Part shown: positions 28,242 through 38,657 of the stretch, one piece after another
Layout: the number at the start of each line of letters is the position of its first letter
How positions within the stretch are numbered: the stretch's first letter is position 1
The notes under the pieces: generated by a model
Seen by the model: only the letters and a program-made list of their open reading frames with translations
Databases searched by the model: none
What the model was told of the DNA's origin: nothing
Translations under genes and position numbers: made by a program
Assembly (NCBI GenBank): GCA_963733035.1
Contig: CAVTBU010000006.1
Coordinates: forward strand, 448,001-512,000
Direction of reading: 5' to 3'
DNA from: Pirellulales bacterium
GTDB lineage: Bacteria; Planctomycetota; Planctomycetia; Pirellulales; PALSA-1355
DNA length: 64,000 bases

Positions 28242-28571
28242 ATGGCCTATAGCAAAACACTTGCGGCACGCGTTCGTCATTCCCTGGCCGGCCGTCACGG
28301 GATCGCCGAAAAGAAGATGTTCGGCGGCGTCGGGTTTTTGCTCCACGGCAATATGTTGGTTGGCGTGTGGCAGAATTCCCTCATCGCTCGGCTTGGTGTC
28401 GACCAGGCCCGGTTGGCCATCCGACAAGAACATCTTCGAGAGTTCGACGTGACGGGAAGAGCCATGAAGGGTTGGGTCATGGTCGATCTGGACGGCCTCG
28501 AATCGGATGCTCAACTTTTGCGGTGGCTTGAGCAGGCAAACGAGTTCGTGATGACATTGCCGCCGAAGTGA
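28242..28571 (+). CDS. TfoX N-terminal domain protein
   Basis: EKKMFGGVGFLLHGNM..GV, F..TGR.MKGWVMV, LPPK C-terminus. Confidence 0.85.
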   Translation: MAYSKTLAARVRHSLAGRHGIAEKKMFGGVGFLLHGNMLVGVWQNSLIARLGVDQARLAIRQEHLREFDVTGRAMKGWVMVDLDGLESDAQLLRWLEQANEFVMTLPPK

Positions 28572-28620
28572 GTCGTCAATTCTTTCGATATCATGCGGAC
28601 AACGTGCGCATTGCTGTGGA

Positions 28621-29475
28621 TCATGGGGGCGCTTCAGACAAGAGCAGTTTCACACTGTCACTTACCCAGCCGCTATGCCAATTGTGTTTGAACTGCCGGC
28701 TGTTTTGGTAAATGTGAGGGATCTCAAGTTTGTCGAGTAGGGAGTGTGTTGCTTCAGTGTCGCTTCGAAACCCGCCCCAACCGAGCAGGACCAGCCGCGC
28801 TCGGCTGCTCAGGTCAAGTGTTCGCGCCCTGAGAAGATCCGCTACGCAGTAACGCCGAAAGTTTTCCTGCGTTCCGAAGATCGGGCCGGTACCGTATTGA
28901 CCCAGCTCATGCATGTCGAGCGGAGCATCCCAGGCGGCGGCCCGTTCGAAGACGTTCGGATGCCGTAACAGTAACGTCCAGGCGCCCCAACCCGACTTGC
29001 TGAAGCCTAAAAGAAACCGACCGCGCCTTTCGGCCAGTGTTTGGTACGTGTCATCGACAAAAGGTACAACCACGCGCAGCAGATAAGATTCCTGCCGGAC
29101 CTTTGGATCGGTGGGATGATCGGCATACCATGGCAGTTGGGAGAATGTGGGCGCAACAAAGACGACGCGATGCGATTCGGTGAGCTTCTGACGTTTGACT
29201 TCTAACAACCCGTCGCCATAGCGATGCTCCGAATTCGCTTCGACCGGAAGCACATATACGACCGGGTAGCGCAACTGTGGAGCAAGCGGCTCGGGAAGAA
29301 GCACTCGAATTTGCGTTGGACCTGCCTGGAACGGCGAAATCACGGTATGAATCAGGAAGCCATTTTGATCCGTTGCGGCAGCAGATATCTTGACCGTATC
29401 GTCGGCCGTTGCGGCTGCATTTGCGGCGACGCTCAGCAGAATAGCTAGGAATGTATGGATTGTCGCTCGCATCAC
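28621..29475 (-). CDS. Secreted alpha/beta-hydrolase (esterase family)
   Basis: Signal peptide; YPVVYVL, nucleophile elbow GFSKSG, HNW. Confidence 0.78.
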   Translation of the reverse strand: MMRATIHTFLAILLSVAANAAATADDTVKISAAATDQNGFLIHTVISPFQAGPTQIRVLLPEPLAPQLRYPVVYVLPVEANSEHRYGDGLLEVKRQKLTESHRVVFVAPTFSQLPWYADHPTDPKVRQESYLLRVVVPFVDDTYQTLAERRGRFLLGFSKSGWGAWTLLLRHPNVFERAAAWDAPLDMHELGQYGTGPIFGTQENFRRYCVADLLRARTLDLSSRARLVLLGWGGFRSDTEATHSLLDKLEIPHIYQNSRQFKHNWHSGWVSDSVKLLLSEAPP

Positions 29476-29559
29476 ACATCATCGTAGCCGCTTGCTCACG
29501 CGACTTCAGCCCCATAAAGTGGCGAAAAGGATTTCCGCCACCTCTAAGTCACAAACACC

Positions 29560-30801
29560 ATGATCGACAAAGAACGGCTACTCGAGCGATTCTTGCGCTA
29601 CGTCCGTATCGACACGACGGCTCGGGAGGGACAATCGACGTATCCAAGTTCCCCGGGACAGTTGGAGTTGGGGCGGATGCTCCGGGATGAATTGTTCGCG
29701 CTGGGCCTGACCCACGTTCTGCAAAGCGAGATGGGCATCCTCATGGCAACCTTGCCGGCGACAATCGACCAGGCTGTGCCGGTCGTGGCATTCAATGCAC
29801 ATCTGGACACGTCGCCCGAAACGACTGGCGCGCACGTCCAACCGCAGGTAATTCGCAACTACCCGGGCGGCGATATCCAGTTGCCGGGCGATCCAGAGGC
29901 CGTGATCCGAACGGCGGACGATCCTGAACTCAACGATCTGATTGGCGCAACGCTAATCACCACCGATGGAAACACGCTACTTGGAGCTGACGACAAGGCG
30001 GGTGTGGCCGTCATCATGGAGGCCATTTCGTACCTGTCAACGCACCCAGAGATTCCCCACGGTCCAGTGCGTGTTTGTTTCACCTGCGATGAGGAGATTG
30101 GCCACGGCGTTGATCATATTGATTTGGAGCAGCTTGGTGCCACCGTGTGCTACACGCTCGATGGGCAAGGAGTCGACGAGATCGACGTCGAAACGTTCTC
30201 CGCAGACTTGGCGATCATCGTTGTGCGAGGCGTGAACGTGCATCCCGCGATTGCCAAAGGCCGAATGGTGAACGCGCTCCGTGTGGCGGGCGATTTTGTG
30301 ACTCGGTTACCCGTCGAATGCTTGGCGCCAGAGACGACGAGTGATCGGGAGGGTTTTCTGCACCCGTATCACGTCTCAGGCGGAGTGGGTGAGGTGACGC
30401 TACGGATTCTGCTTCGTGATTTCAACACATCGCGACTCGCTGAACTAGCGAACCTGTTGCGCGTGGCCGCGGACGAGAGCCAGCAGCAGTTCCCAGGCTC
30501 CAGCATCGAAGTGCAAGTGACACCCCAGTATCGCAACATGGCTGAGGGATTGGCTCGGGAACCTCGAGCCGTAGACTACGCCAAACGTGCCCACGAGAGG
30601 TTGGGGCGCAAGCCGCGACTAACGATCGTCCGGGGAGGTACCGACGGCTCTCGATTTACCGAGCTGGGACTTCCGACGCCAAATCTGTCGACCGGTCAAC
30701 ATCACCTCCACTCTCGCCTGGAGTGGGCTTGCCTCGAGGAAATGGAATCGGCCGCTCGCATCCTCATTGAGTTGGTGCAGGTTTGGGCGACCGAATCCTA
30801 G
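29560..30801 (+). CDS. pepT: Peptidase T (M20B tripeptidase)
   Basis: RFLRYV.IDT, AHLDTS, LGADDKAG, DEEIG, RGGTDG, LPTPN. Confidence 0.93.
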   Translation: MIDKERLLERFLRYVRIDTTAREGQSTYPSSPGQLELGRMLRDELFALGLTHVLQSEMGILMATLPATIDQAVPVVAFNAHLDTSPETTGAHVQPQVIRNYPGGDIQLPGDPEAVIRTADDPELNDLIGATLITTDGNTLLGADDKAGVAVIMEAISYLSTHPEIPHGPVRVCFTCDEEIGHGVDHIDLEQLGATVCYTLDGQGVDEIDVETFSADLAIIVVRGVNVHPAIAKGRMVNALRVAGDFVTRLPVECLAPETTSDREGFLHPYHVSGGVGEVTLRILLRDFNTSRLAELANLLRVAADESQQQFPGSSIEVQVTPQYRNMAEGLAREPRAVDYAKRAHERLGRKPRLTIVRGGTDGSRFTELGLPTPNLSTGQHHLHSRLEWACLEEMESAARILIELVQVWATES

Positions 30802-31034
30802 GCGGCAATTTGCTAGCGTTTGCATGCTGTCACAACGGCCGAGAAGGGCGGAACGGATACCCGCGTGGGCAATTGCCGTACAAGTTCGCAACGGGTTCAA
30901 TCAACTTACCTGGCGCGGAGAGCCGACATAATCGGAATAGCGATGCTGACGTTCCTGACTTCCACGGTGCCCAGCTTGCGCTCGCTGGCATTCGATTGCC
31001 CGCCCCATTTCGCTCCGTTTGATGAGGTTCCGCG

Positions 31035-32009
31035 GTGCCACGCCTCGCGATCGTCATTTCCGCAGTTGGTAGTACTGAATCCTTGGAAGGCACGCTGCTT
31101 TCGGTGTTGGAAAATCGGCCCGCCGATTGTGAGATCGTCGTCGCGCTCAAGCGTCCATATGCCGACCCATACGAACTTAAGGACGAAGTACGGTTTGTCG
31201 CACCGCGGCGCCGAGACGCGACGACAAGAGCGATCAATGAAGCCCTGGCGACGACCCAAGCTCCCTTTGTGCACGTATTGGCGAGCGGCTGCCTGGTGAG
31301 CGAAGGCTGGGCCGATGCTGGCCTGTCGCGGTTCGAAGATCGTCGCGTCGGGGCGGTTGTTCCATGGGTTTTCGACGCCGTTGAATCCAAACGGCTATTC
31401 GCCGTCGGAATTGGCTATCGCATGCGCGGACAACGTTATCTGATTGGCAGTGGCGTCGATGCCGACCGCTTCGAGCTTCCCGCATCGGTTATTGGTCCAG
31501 CGCTATTTGCGGCCTTCTATCGTAAGGCTGCGCTCGACATCGTTGGCGGTTTCAGCCGAGCGCTTGGACCGCGGCAAGCTGATGTTGACGTCGCACTGGC
31601 ATTCAAACAGGCCGGATTGACAATTGCGGTTGAGCCGCGGTCGCAACTCTTCGCGACGGCAGTGGTTGATCCCACCGAGGGAGCCTTCCGCGACGCGCTT
31701 GCCGACGAGCGATTGTTCTGGCGAAACCTGGCCGGTGGCTCAACGGCGCGAGAAGTTCTTGCACACCTGGGACTGGTGAGCTGGGATGTGTTGCGTCGCC
31801 TACCGCAACCCCAGGCGCTGGCCCGGTGTTTAGGGCGGTCTTGGGCTGCCGTGGACCTGGGCAACTCGGCTCGACATCGACGGCTGTTGAGCGAGCTTGC
31901 GGCACGAGCGATACCGCCCACGCGCTCGCACGAACACATGCGAATCGACGACTCTCACGGCGCTCCCGGACGGCGTGAAACCTCACCGGGGAGGATTCCC
32001 GCCCGGTAG
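31035..32009 (+). CDS. Glycosyltransferase family 2-like protein
   Basis: LAIVI..LEGTLLSVL, AAFYRKAALDIVGGF, DVDVAL. Confidence 0.7.
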   Translation: MPRLAIVISAVGSTESLEGTLLSVLENRPADCEIVVALKRPYADPYELKDEVRFVAPRRRDATTRAINEALATTQAPFVHVLASGCLVSEGWADAGLSRFEDRRVGAVVPWVFDAVESKRLFAVGIGYRMRGQRYLIGSGVDADRFELPASVIGPALFAAFYRKAALDIVGGFSRALGPRQADVDVALAFKQAGLTIAVEPRSQLFATAVVDPTEGAFRDALADERLFWRNLAGGSTAREVLAHLGLVSWDVLRRLPQPQALARCLGRSWAAVDLGNSARHRRLLSELAARAIPPTRSHEHMRIDDSHGAPGRRETSPGRIPAR

Positions 32010-32036
32010 GGTTCACGCCGCTGCGTGGGTGCCGGA

Positions 32037-33119
32037 TTACGCGCCGGTCTCTTCGTCGGCAAGCTTGCCTTTGCTCGGATAGAACAGCTCTCGCGTGGCG
32101 TGCAGCAGTGCCAGATCCTCGCGACCGGCTGATTCTGAATGCAGCTTGGCTTCGAGTTGAGCCAGCTGGTGTTTTCCCTCCGGCCAACGCACTTCCATCA
32201 CGCGTCCACACTCCTCAAGCAATTGGTAGACGCGTGCGCGGGTCACACCCATTCGCTTGGCTTGCTGACGGACGCTTTGCGGCGTTTCGTTAATTCCTAG
32301 GCGACCAGCGCTGAGTTGATGGATCGTCGGTCCGGCGTCGATATGGATTTGATCCAGCAGCGGTACCGTTAGATTGTCGCGCACTTCGTCAGGCGAGGGC
32401 AGACGCTCGTCGGCCATTACCTTGGCGATCCAATCTTCGATCGGCTGAATAAACTTCGGCACGACTCGCAACACTAGATGTTTGGCCGTGCCCGCGCCCG
32501 AAAGCATCTCATGCACGATGTAGAACACTTCGAGAACGACACGGACGCGTTTCTCGCCGTGAGTCTTCAATTGACGGATCTCGGCCACCGTATGGTTCAC
32601 GTAATGGTCAAGCGGCGTGTGCCAGATGACCGTAGGAAGGGCCTGCAGCGTAGGGGCTAAACGACCAAGTTTTTCGCGGCCCAGCCCATATTCAATAACG
32701 GTCTGCTGCCATTCCGACCACAGTGCTTCCGAAACGATCGACGGATCGAACCCGGTTCCTTGCCGGCGCGGCTTTTCGACGGCTGGTGCCTTCTTGGATT
32801 CGTTCAACTCCGGCAACCCGAACGGAGTCACTGGAGGATGATCCTTCGTCGCCCGCGAGAGTAATTTCACGAGCGAACTGATTTTTTTCTGCCCAATCCC
32901 CGGCGTTGCGGACAGTTCTTCAAATGGTGTGGCCAGCAGGTCTTTGATCGTGCGACCTAAAAACGCCAGCGGCAGACGGCGATCATTGGGCAGCGCCCAA
33001 TAGGCGAGCGGCTTTTCCAGGCGGTCGGCGAAACGCTCATCCAACAGCGTTTTGCGGAGCGATTGAAAGCTGCTCACGATCTTGTAATCTTCGACCGAAG
33101 TCACCTTATTCATCTTCAT
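32037..33119 (-). CDS. Conserved hypothetical with RNAP alpha-CTD/HhH-like repeats and a sigma region-4-like HTH
   Basis: ELSATPGIGQKKI, EIRQLKTHGEKRV, C-terminal SVRQQAKRMGVTRARVYQL. Confidence 0.6.
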   Translation of the reverse strand: MKMNKVTSVEDYKIVSSFQSLRKTLLDERFADRLEKPLAYWALPNDRRLPLAFLGRTIKDLLATPFEELSATPGIGQKKISSLVKLLSRATKDHPPVTPFGLPELNESKKAPAVEKPRRQGTGFDPSIVSEALWSEWQQTVIEYGLGREKLGRLAPTLQALPTVIWHTPLDHYVNHTVAEIRQLKTHGEKRVRVVLEVFYIVHEMLSGAGTAKHLVLRVVPKFIQPIEDWIAKVMADERLPSPDEVRDNLTVPLLDQIHIDAGPTIHQLSAGRLGINETPQSVRQQAKRMGVTRARVYQLLEECGRVMEVRWPEGKHQLAQLEAKLHSESAGREDLALLHATRELFYPSKGKLADEETGA

Positions 33120-33911
33120 GGGTTATCTCCCTCCCGCGATCCCCAGACGCGGAAAAAATGGCGGTGGGCTATCCAATGCCAAACCGCGAACGTACCTCTG
33201 TGTCTCTATTTCGAAGTAAGTAAAGTTCTGCTCAATTCTGCTCGCCTTAACGCCACCATGGGCGCGCGACCAGAACCCTAGCCATGCACGAATTCCGCTC
33301 GAGCCGCCTGCGGCGTTTCGACGCTAAATTCCGCACGTTTTTGTCGTGAAGCCGAAAAAACTAGTCAATAATGGCTGCTCAGGCGGGGGCGCTGAAAAGT
33401 CGCGGTGGGATGTCCGTTGCAGTGCTGGGAGTCAATCCAAATTCCCGACCGACCACACGCCTTGCTAAATCTTCCTTACGAAGATTTTCCGCTTTATGTT
33501 CGTTTTCACTTCAAACAAAAAAAGCGAGGCTCCGGTCTGTCCTACACCCATCGGAGGCCGATTCACCCCTCATTACACCCTGCGCCGAGAGTGCAACAGC
33601 GAATCGAGCCAACATGAACGCTTTGCATTCTCCCGCTCGACGGTCGGGGCGTCAAGCCAAATCCCTTGCTAAAGGGCTGGCAAATTTTCCAATCTCGCGT
33701 CGCAATTGCTCTACCAGCAATGAGTTGCGGTCTAAGCTATTTTTCTCGAAAATAACCCTAATTGCGCAAAGTCGCCATTTGGCGCGCGAGCTAGTGACGG
33801 GAGCATGTAAACGTCTTCATCCGCAAGTCGTTGAAGAAATGCCCCGACCGACATTTTTTGCAACCGCCAGTCTATACCCCCCTCCCAAGAAAAAACGGCG
33901 GCTCAGCCCTG

Positions 33912-34652
33912 CTAGAACTCCATTTCCAGCCGATCATGTCCCAGCAACACGGGCGGAGAAAAGCCAGTTGGAGACTGCATTTTTTGCAGTTCGTCTTGCC
34001 CGGCCAGAGGGTCAAGGTGCACCAGCACCAATCGTTTGACCCCTGCCGACTGCGCCAGGCGTGTCACAGCGCCAACTGAACTGTGGCCCCAGCGAGCCGC
34101 AAGTTCGGCATGCTCATCGGTAAAATTACATTCGTGAATCAGCAAATCCACGCCGCGTACCGCTTCGATGTAGATCGCCGATTCAGAAGCGGTCGTGTCC
34201 GTGACATAAGCGAGCGAACAAGTGGGCCAGTCGAGACGATATCCGACCGCGCCGCCGGGATGCTCGACCGGAAAAGACGTCAAGTGACCTCCCTTCGCCA
34301 GAGGCACCCGACCGCCAAGCGACTGAAAATTGCAAGGCGGCCTAGCCGGAAACAGCGCCTCGGAGAGCAGGTGCTGTTGGATTGCCGCCAATTTATCGGC
34401 CGCGCCGTGCACTGTCACACGGTCGACGTTCCTGTCGCGAACAACGTCAAACAGGTAGGTCAGTCCCACCACGTGGTCCAGGTGTGCGTGCGTAACGAAC
34501 ACGTCCAACTCATTGGTGCAAAGATAGTCACGAACTCGGTAGAACGCCGTTCCCGCATCGAGCACGACGCCGACCTCTGGTAACATGAGGCACGCCGTCT
34601 GGCGATCATCACTGGGATGATAGCCCGCAGTGCCCAAGAGAATGAGTTTCAT
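33912..34652 (-). CDS. Metallo-beta-lactamase fold, RNase Z-like hydrolase
   Basis: LLGT.G, DAGT, THAHLDH, YVTDT, DLLIHEC, HS, LVLVH. Confidence 0.85.
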   Translation of the reverse strand: MKLILLGTAGYHPSDDRQTACLMLPEVGVVLDAGTAFYRVRDYLCTNELDVFVTHAHLDHVVGLTYLFDVVRDRNVDRVTVHGAADKLAAIQQHLLSEALFPARPPCNFQSLGGRVPLAKGGHLTSFPVEHPGGAVGYRLDWPTCSLAYVTDTTASESAIYIEAVRGVDLLIHECNFTDEHAELAARWGHSSVGAVTRLAQSAGVKRLVLVHLDPLAGQDELQKMQSPTGFSPPVLLGHDRLEMEF

Positions 34653-34834
34653 GGATCGATCCCGCGCTTGAGTCGCGGTCTATGTGAGAACGTACGGCTG
34701 CCACAAGATCAATTTAGCATCTGAGCACGGCGGCGCAATACCGGCCTGCACAGGCGTCGCCTGGAACGCTCCATCGTACGGTGCGTCGTCGACGGTGATG
34801 CGAGCGCTAGGCGGATTCGAGACGACTGTTCGGA

Positions 34835-37800
34835 TCAGACTTCGACGGTCAACGCGTCGAGATCCAGGTCGAGGTCCACCAGTTCGTCTTCGCTTGATGA
34901 CGTATCATCATCGTCGAATGCGGCCTCGACTCCGGCCGGAGTTGGCGGGACCGCCGAAGCCTTCGACGATGGTGGTGTCTCATCCTTGACGGACAACGTA
35001 TCCAAGCTTGGTACACCCTGCCATGTTGAGGTGTCACCCATGTCGTCGAACAGCACGAAGCTATTGTCTATCGTGGCGGCAGGTTCGGCCACGGCGGCCT
35101 GGGGCGCGGCGGATTGGTTAAGAATATAGTTGACCACCATCAAGAGATCGCTTGTCGTTATGCGACCGTCTCCCGACACGTCCAGGTAGTACTGTCCGGT
35201 TGATACCTGGTTGGTGGCCGTCAAGGGCGACGCGGATTGCAGCAAGCGATTGACCAAGACCAATAGGTCGCCCGTTGAAACGCGACCATCGTTGTTGACG
35301 TCCTGGGGAAGCGCGGCGTTGTGAGCCAACGGACCCGCTTCTGGCACGGCTCCCTCGCGCAGGATCATCATTGCATCCGCGGCAACCGGCGCGCTGCCCT
35401 CGTTTTTCAAATCGACTGTGATCATTCCGGCGGACACGTTGACTGCACCGACGCTTGCCCAACGTCGACCGCTAATCAACAGTCCCGGCTCGATCTGCTG
35501 ATTGACAAGCAGAGTCGTGTTGTTTCCGATCCCGTCGGAAACCGTAAACGGTGCGTTCGTCGCCAGACTGTCCGAAGATGCCCAGGTGGTGTAAACGAAA
35601 TAATTGCCCGGGCTGAGTCCCGAGAACATCCAGCGAGCATACGTTCCCGCCGCGCCAGCGGTGCTCGTAAGCATGTTGCCGTGGAACGCCGCGGCATCGG
35701 CGCTCGAAGTCCACGATCCGACCTGGGCAAAACTTGCATCGCCATTGTCGATGATGACCTGGCCCGCACTCTCGCCGTTTCCAGTCCCCTCGACAGCAAA
35801 TGTGTAGGGATGTTCGCTGTCGTCATCGTTCGCAATGGATACGGTCGCCGTACGGACGCCCACGGCGGTCGGGTGAAAAACGATCTGGAAGGTCGTCGCC
35901 TTGCCGGGAGCGACGGTGGAGGCCGGCTGGGTAACGACCTGGAAATCGCCGCCGGCCACACCCGTCATCGTCACCCGCGGACTACCGGTCAGGTGCAGCG
36001 TGGTGTTCCCGTTGTTTTGGATGGTGAACGTGTGCGTGATCGAGTCGGTATAGAGGGGAGCCTGGCCGAATTGCGTGGAGTCGTCGTAGTCCGGCGTGTT
36101 GTCGCCGGTGTCAATCGAGCGATCGAGTGCTGAGACGTCCATTTCGGGTACTTGGGGCGCGATGCCGTCTTTGACGATTCGCACCGCGTCGGCAATGACG
36201 TAGCCGTTGGCGTTGTCGCTCAAGCGAACGCGAAGCGTGTTGCCGGTGACGGTGAAGGTGCCCAGGCTCTGCCAGGTGATGCCATTCGAAATATCGCCGG
36301 TCGGAGCTAGCTGCTGGTTGACCGGGATGGTGGCCAGCGGGGTATTGCCGTCATAAATGGTGAACGGCGCATTGGTAGCCCGATTCAAAAACGGAATCCA
36401 GCGAGTGAAGACCTGGTAGTTCCCAGCTGGCAGGGACGCAAAGGTCCAGGTGGCCACTCCGCTGCCGTCCCCGGCGGCATGATAATCGTAGTCGAGTTGA
36501 TGCGCCAGCGTGTTGGTCAGCGTGTACCAACCGCTGTTGGCGCTGTAGCCGGCGGCACCGTTGTCGATTGTCTCTTCTCCCAGCGGTTCGGCGGCGTAGA
36601 CGATTGTGCAGTCACCGACCGGGTCGATCAGGCCGGCGTTGAATGCATTGCTCAGTTGCAGATAGAATTTTTTGTTGGCCGAGTAGCTGTCGCTGGTCAT
36701 GACCGGGATAACGATCTGTTGCGTTCGCACGCCAGAAGCGAAATTCAAAACGCCGCTGACGCCTTGGTATTCAATGCCGGCCCGGGCGGTGCCATCGTTC
36801 GTCGCGTAGGCCACCGAGACGTCGCGTCCGCTGGGCCAATCGAGCGCCACGGTAAACGTGGCAATCCGATTGCCAGCCAGCGTGGTTGTGACTTGCACAT
36901 CGTCGACGTAGAAATTCGGCAGCGGGTCGTTGTCGACAATCGTGCCGGTTGCAACGCCGCGCACGATGTCGGCATGTTGCGCGTTGGAGAGTGTGAGCAG
37001 GAATGTTTCGGTCACTTCATTCAGTTTGTCGCCTACGATTGGGACGGCGATAGTACCGTGGGTTGCTCCTGGCGCAAAGGTGAACACGCCACTTCGTGCC
37101 GCATAATCTGGGCCGGCGTGGGCAGTGACATCGGAAGTGATGTAATTGACCGTGATCGCGAAGTTATGTTCCGCCCCGTTAAGCGACAGGTTGAACACCG
37201 CGTCCTTGGTGCCGTCATCCCCTTCGACAACCTGCACGTCGTTGAGTGTGATTTTCGCTGTTTCAACCGACGTCACGACGGTCGCGCTGTTGTTGTCGGG
37301 AAATGTCTCGTTCTGTGCCGCTGTGATCGTAGCCGTGTTGCTCACCAGGCCGAGTTGGGTGGGAACGGCGACGATCGTTATCGTGGCGCTGCTCCCAGCG
37401 GTCAATATGCCGAGGTCGGCGGTAACGACGCCTCCGTCCTGCGAAACCGTTCCCTGGCTGCTACTGGCACTTAGGAAGGTGACGCCTGCGGGAAGCATGT
37501 CTTCCACCTTGACGCTTGTTGCCGGATCAGGGCCGTTGTTCGTCGCGACCAAGGAATATGTGAGTTGGTTGTTGACGATCACCGGATCGGGCGAGTCTGA
37601 CATCGCGATCTGCATGTCGGTGTCACCGCTGATGAAACTCTCAGCCTGCAGGAAGACCCACGAGTCGAGTGCCGTATCGCCCGCGTCGGCAACGGCCAAT
37701 TTGATGTGATGGGGACCCGGAGTGATATCCGCTGTCGCGGTGAGCACGACTGTGAATCCGTCAGCCTGGGTGAGAAACGGGGTGGGTGTCCCCAGGTCGC

Positions 37801-38428
37801 TAGGGTCATTGTTGTGATAGAGATTCGAATTGACGTTCTGATTTACGTTGTTGATTGAAACGGGAGTTGTCGTACCCGGAATCAGCGCGATATTGGCACC
37901 ATCGAGAAAGAAACCGAATACGTCGTTGAAGGGGGAATCAACAAATTCGTTGTACTCTTCGGAACCGAAGACATACTGGACACTGATCGACCCGCCGAGC
38001 GCCACGAAATCGAACTCCAGCACCGACGCGTCATTTGTGCTGTATCCCGGAATGAGTCCGTCAAGTTGAGGATCGCCGGGTGTTCCAAAGCTGGTAGTCG
38101 TGCCATCGCTATCATTGGGTCCCGCGGCGTCGGCGATCGTGCCGCTGCTTAGCATCACGCCCGACTCGATGCCCAGGCCCTCGGATTCTCCGCCCGTGAA
38201 TTTGCCCGCCGACGCGAAATCACCGGTGAACTGGACATCGGTGACGTCGACTCCACCGCCAACCAACTCCTGTACTAGATCCTGTGGCGTCAGCCCCATG
38301 TTCAGGTTGGTGGTCGATAGAGCGAGCATTCGCCGAAATTCCAGGGGTTCCGCACCCAAGCGGCGCCCGCAGGGCGGTGTATTCCGAGCTTGCCTTGCGA
38401 ATTTCGCTCGCCTGGTGAAGCGTGCCAT
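34835..38428 (-). CDS. Large secreted surface protein (choice-of-anchor L-like, DUF11, Calx-beta, golvesin-like, Ig-like and dockerin-like domains)
   Basis: Planctomycete signal RRLGAEPLEFRRMLA; FGSEEY..FNDVFGFF; N.GPD.AT; Calx-beta repeats; ADAVR modules; DVNNDGRV dockerin. Confidence 0.85.
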   Translation of the reverse strand: MARFTRRAKFARQARNTPPCGRRLGAEPLEFRRMLALSTTNLNMGLTPQDLVQELVGGGVDVTDVQFTGDFASAGKFTGGESEGLGIESGVMLSSGTIADAAGPNDSDGTTTSFGTPGDPQLDGLIPGYSTNDASVLEFDFVALGGSISVQYVFGSEEYNEFVDSPFNDVFGFFLDGANIALIPGTTTPVSINNVNQNVNSNLYHNNDPSDLGTPTPFLTQADGFTVVLTATADITPGPHHIKLAVADAGDTALDSWVFLQAESFISGDTDMQIAMSDSPDPVIVNNQLTYSLVATNNGPDPATSVKVEDMLPAGVTFLSASSSQGTVSQDGGVVTADLGILTAGSSATITIVAVPTQLGLVSNTATITAAQNETFPDNNSATVVTSVETAKITLNDVQVVEGDDGTKDAVFNLSLNGAEHNFAITVNYITSDVTAHAGPDYAARSGVFTFAPGATHGTIAVPIVGDKLNEVTETFLLTLSNAQHADIVRGVATGTIVDNDPLPNFYVDDVQVTTTLAGNRIATFTVALDWPSGRDVSVAYATNDGTARAGIEYQGVSGVLNFASGVRTQQIVIPVMTSDSYSANKKFYLQLSNAFNAGLIDPVGDCTIVYAAEPLGEETIDNGAAGYSANSGWYTLTNTLAHQLDYDYHAAGDGSGVATWTFASLPAGNYQVFTRWIPFLNRATNAPFTIYDGNTPLATIPVNQQLAPTGDISNGITWQSLGTFTVTGNTLRVRLSDNANGYVIADAVRIVKDGIAPQVPEMDVSALDRSIDTGDNTPDYDDSTQFGQAPLYTDSITHTFTIQNNGNTTLHLTGSPRVTMTGVAGGDFQVVTQPASTVAPGKATTFQIVFHPTAVGVRTATVSIANDDDSEHPYTFAVEGTGNGESAGQVIIDNGDASFAQVGSWTSSADAAAFHGNMLTSTAGAAGTYARWMFSGLSPGNYFVYTTWASSDSLATNAPFTVSDGIGNNTTLLVNQQIEPGLLISGRRWASVGAVNVSAGMITVDLKNEGSAPVAADAMMILREGAVPEAGPLAHNAALPQDVNNDGRVSTGDLLVLVNRLLQSASPLTATNQVSTGQYYLDVSGDGRITTSDLLMVVNYILNQSAAPQAAVAEPAATIDNSFVLFDDMGDTSTWQGVPSLDTLSVKDETPPSSKASAVPPTPAGVEAAFDDDDTSSSEDELVDLDLDLDALTVEV

Positions 38429-38657
38429 GGTGTGACTCAAAGATGCGTAATGATGGATGCAATGTGGGTCGAAGGAAGATGCGCCGGCCCTCCCCGCGCA
38501 CCGTACATACTAGTTGGGCCCCTTGGAGGCCGCAACAAGGAGGGAAACCCATCCACTGCGGCGAATTTGTGACGGATTGGAACGCCGACGAGAAATGGCA
38601 GTCCTGGCATGGACTTTCGTCCACGAGACCGCTGGTGTGGCAAACAGCCGATACTGG

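Noticed and set aside
28242..28571. TfoX as evidence of a competence regulon
   Set aside because: Stand-alone TfoX-N proteins are widespread and no competence genes are adjacent.
33371..34039. 222-aa ORF in the long intergenic region
   Set aside because: Atypical codon usage, no motif, and it overlaps the RNase Z-like gene.
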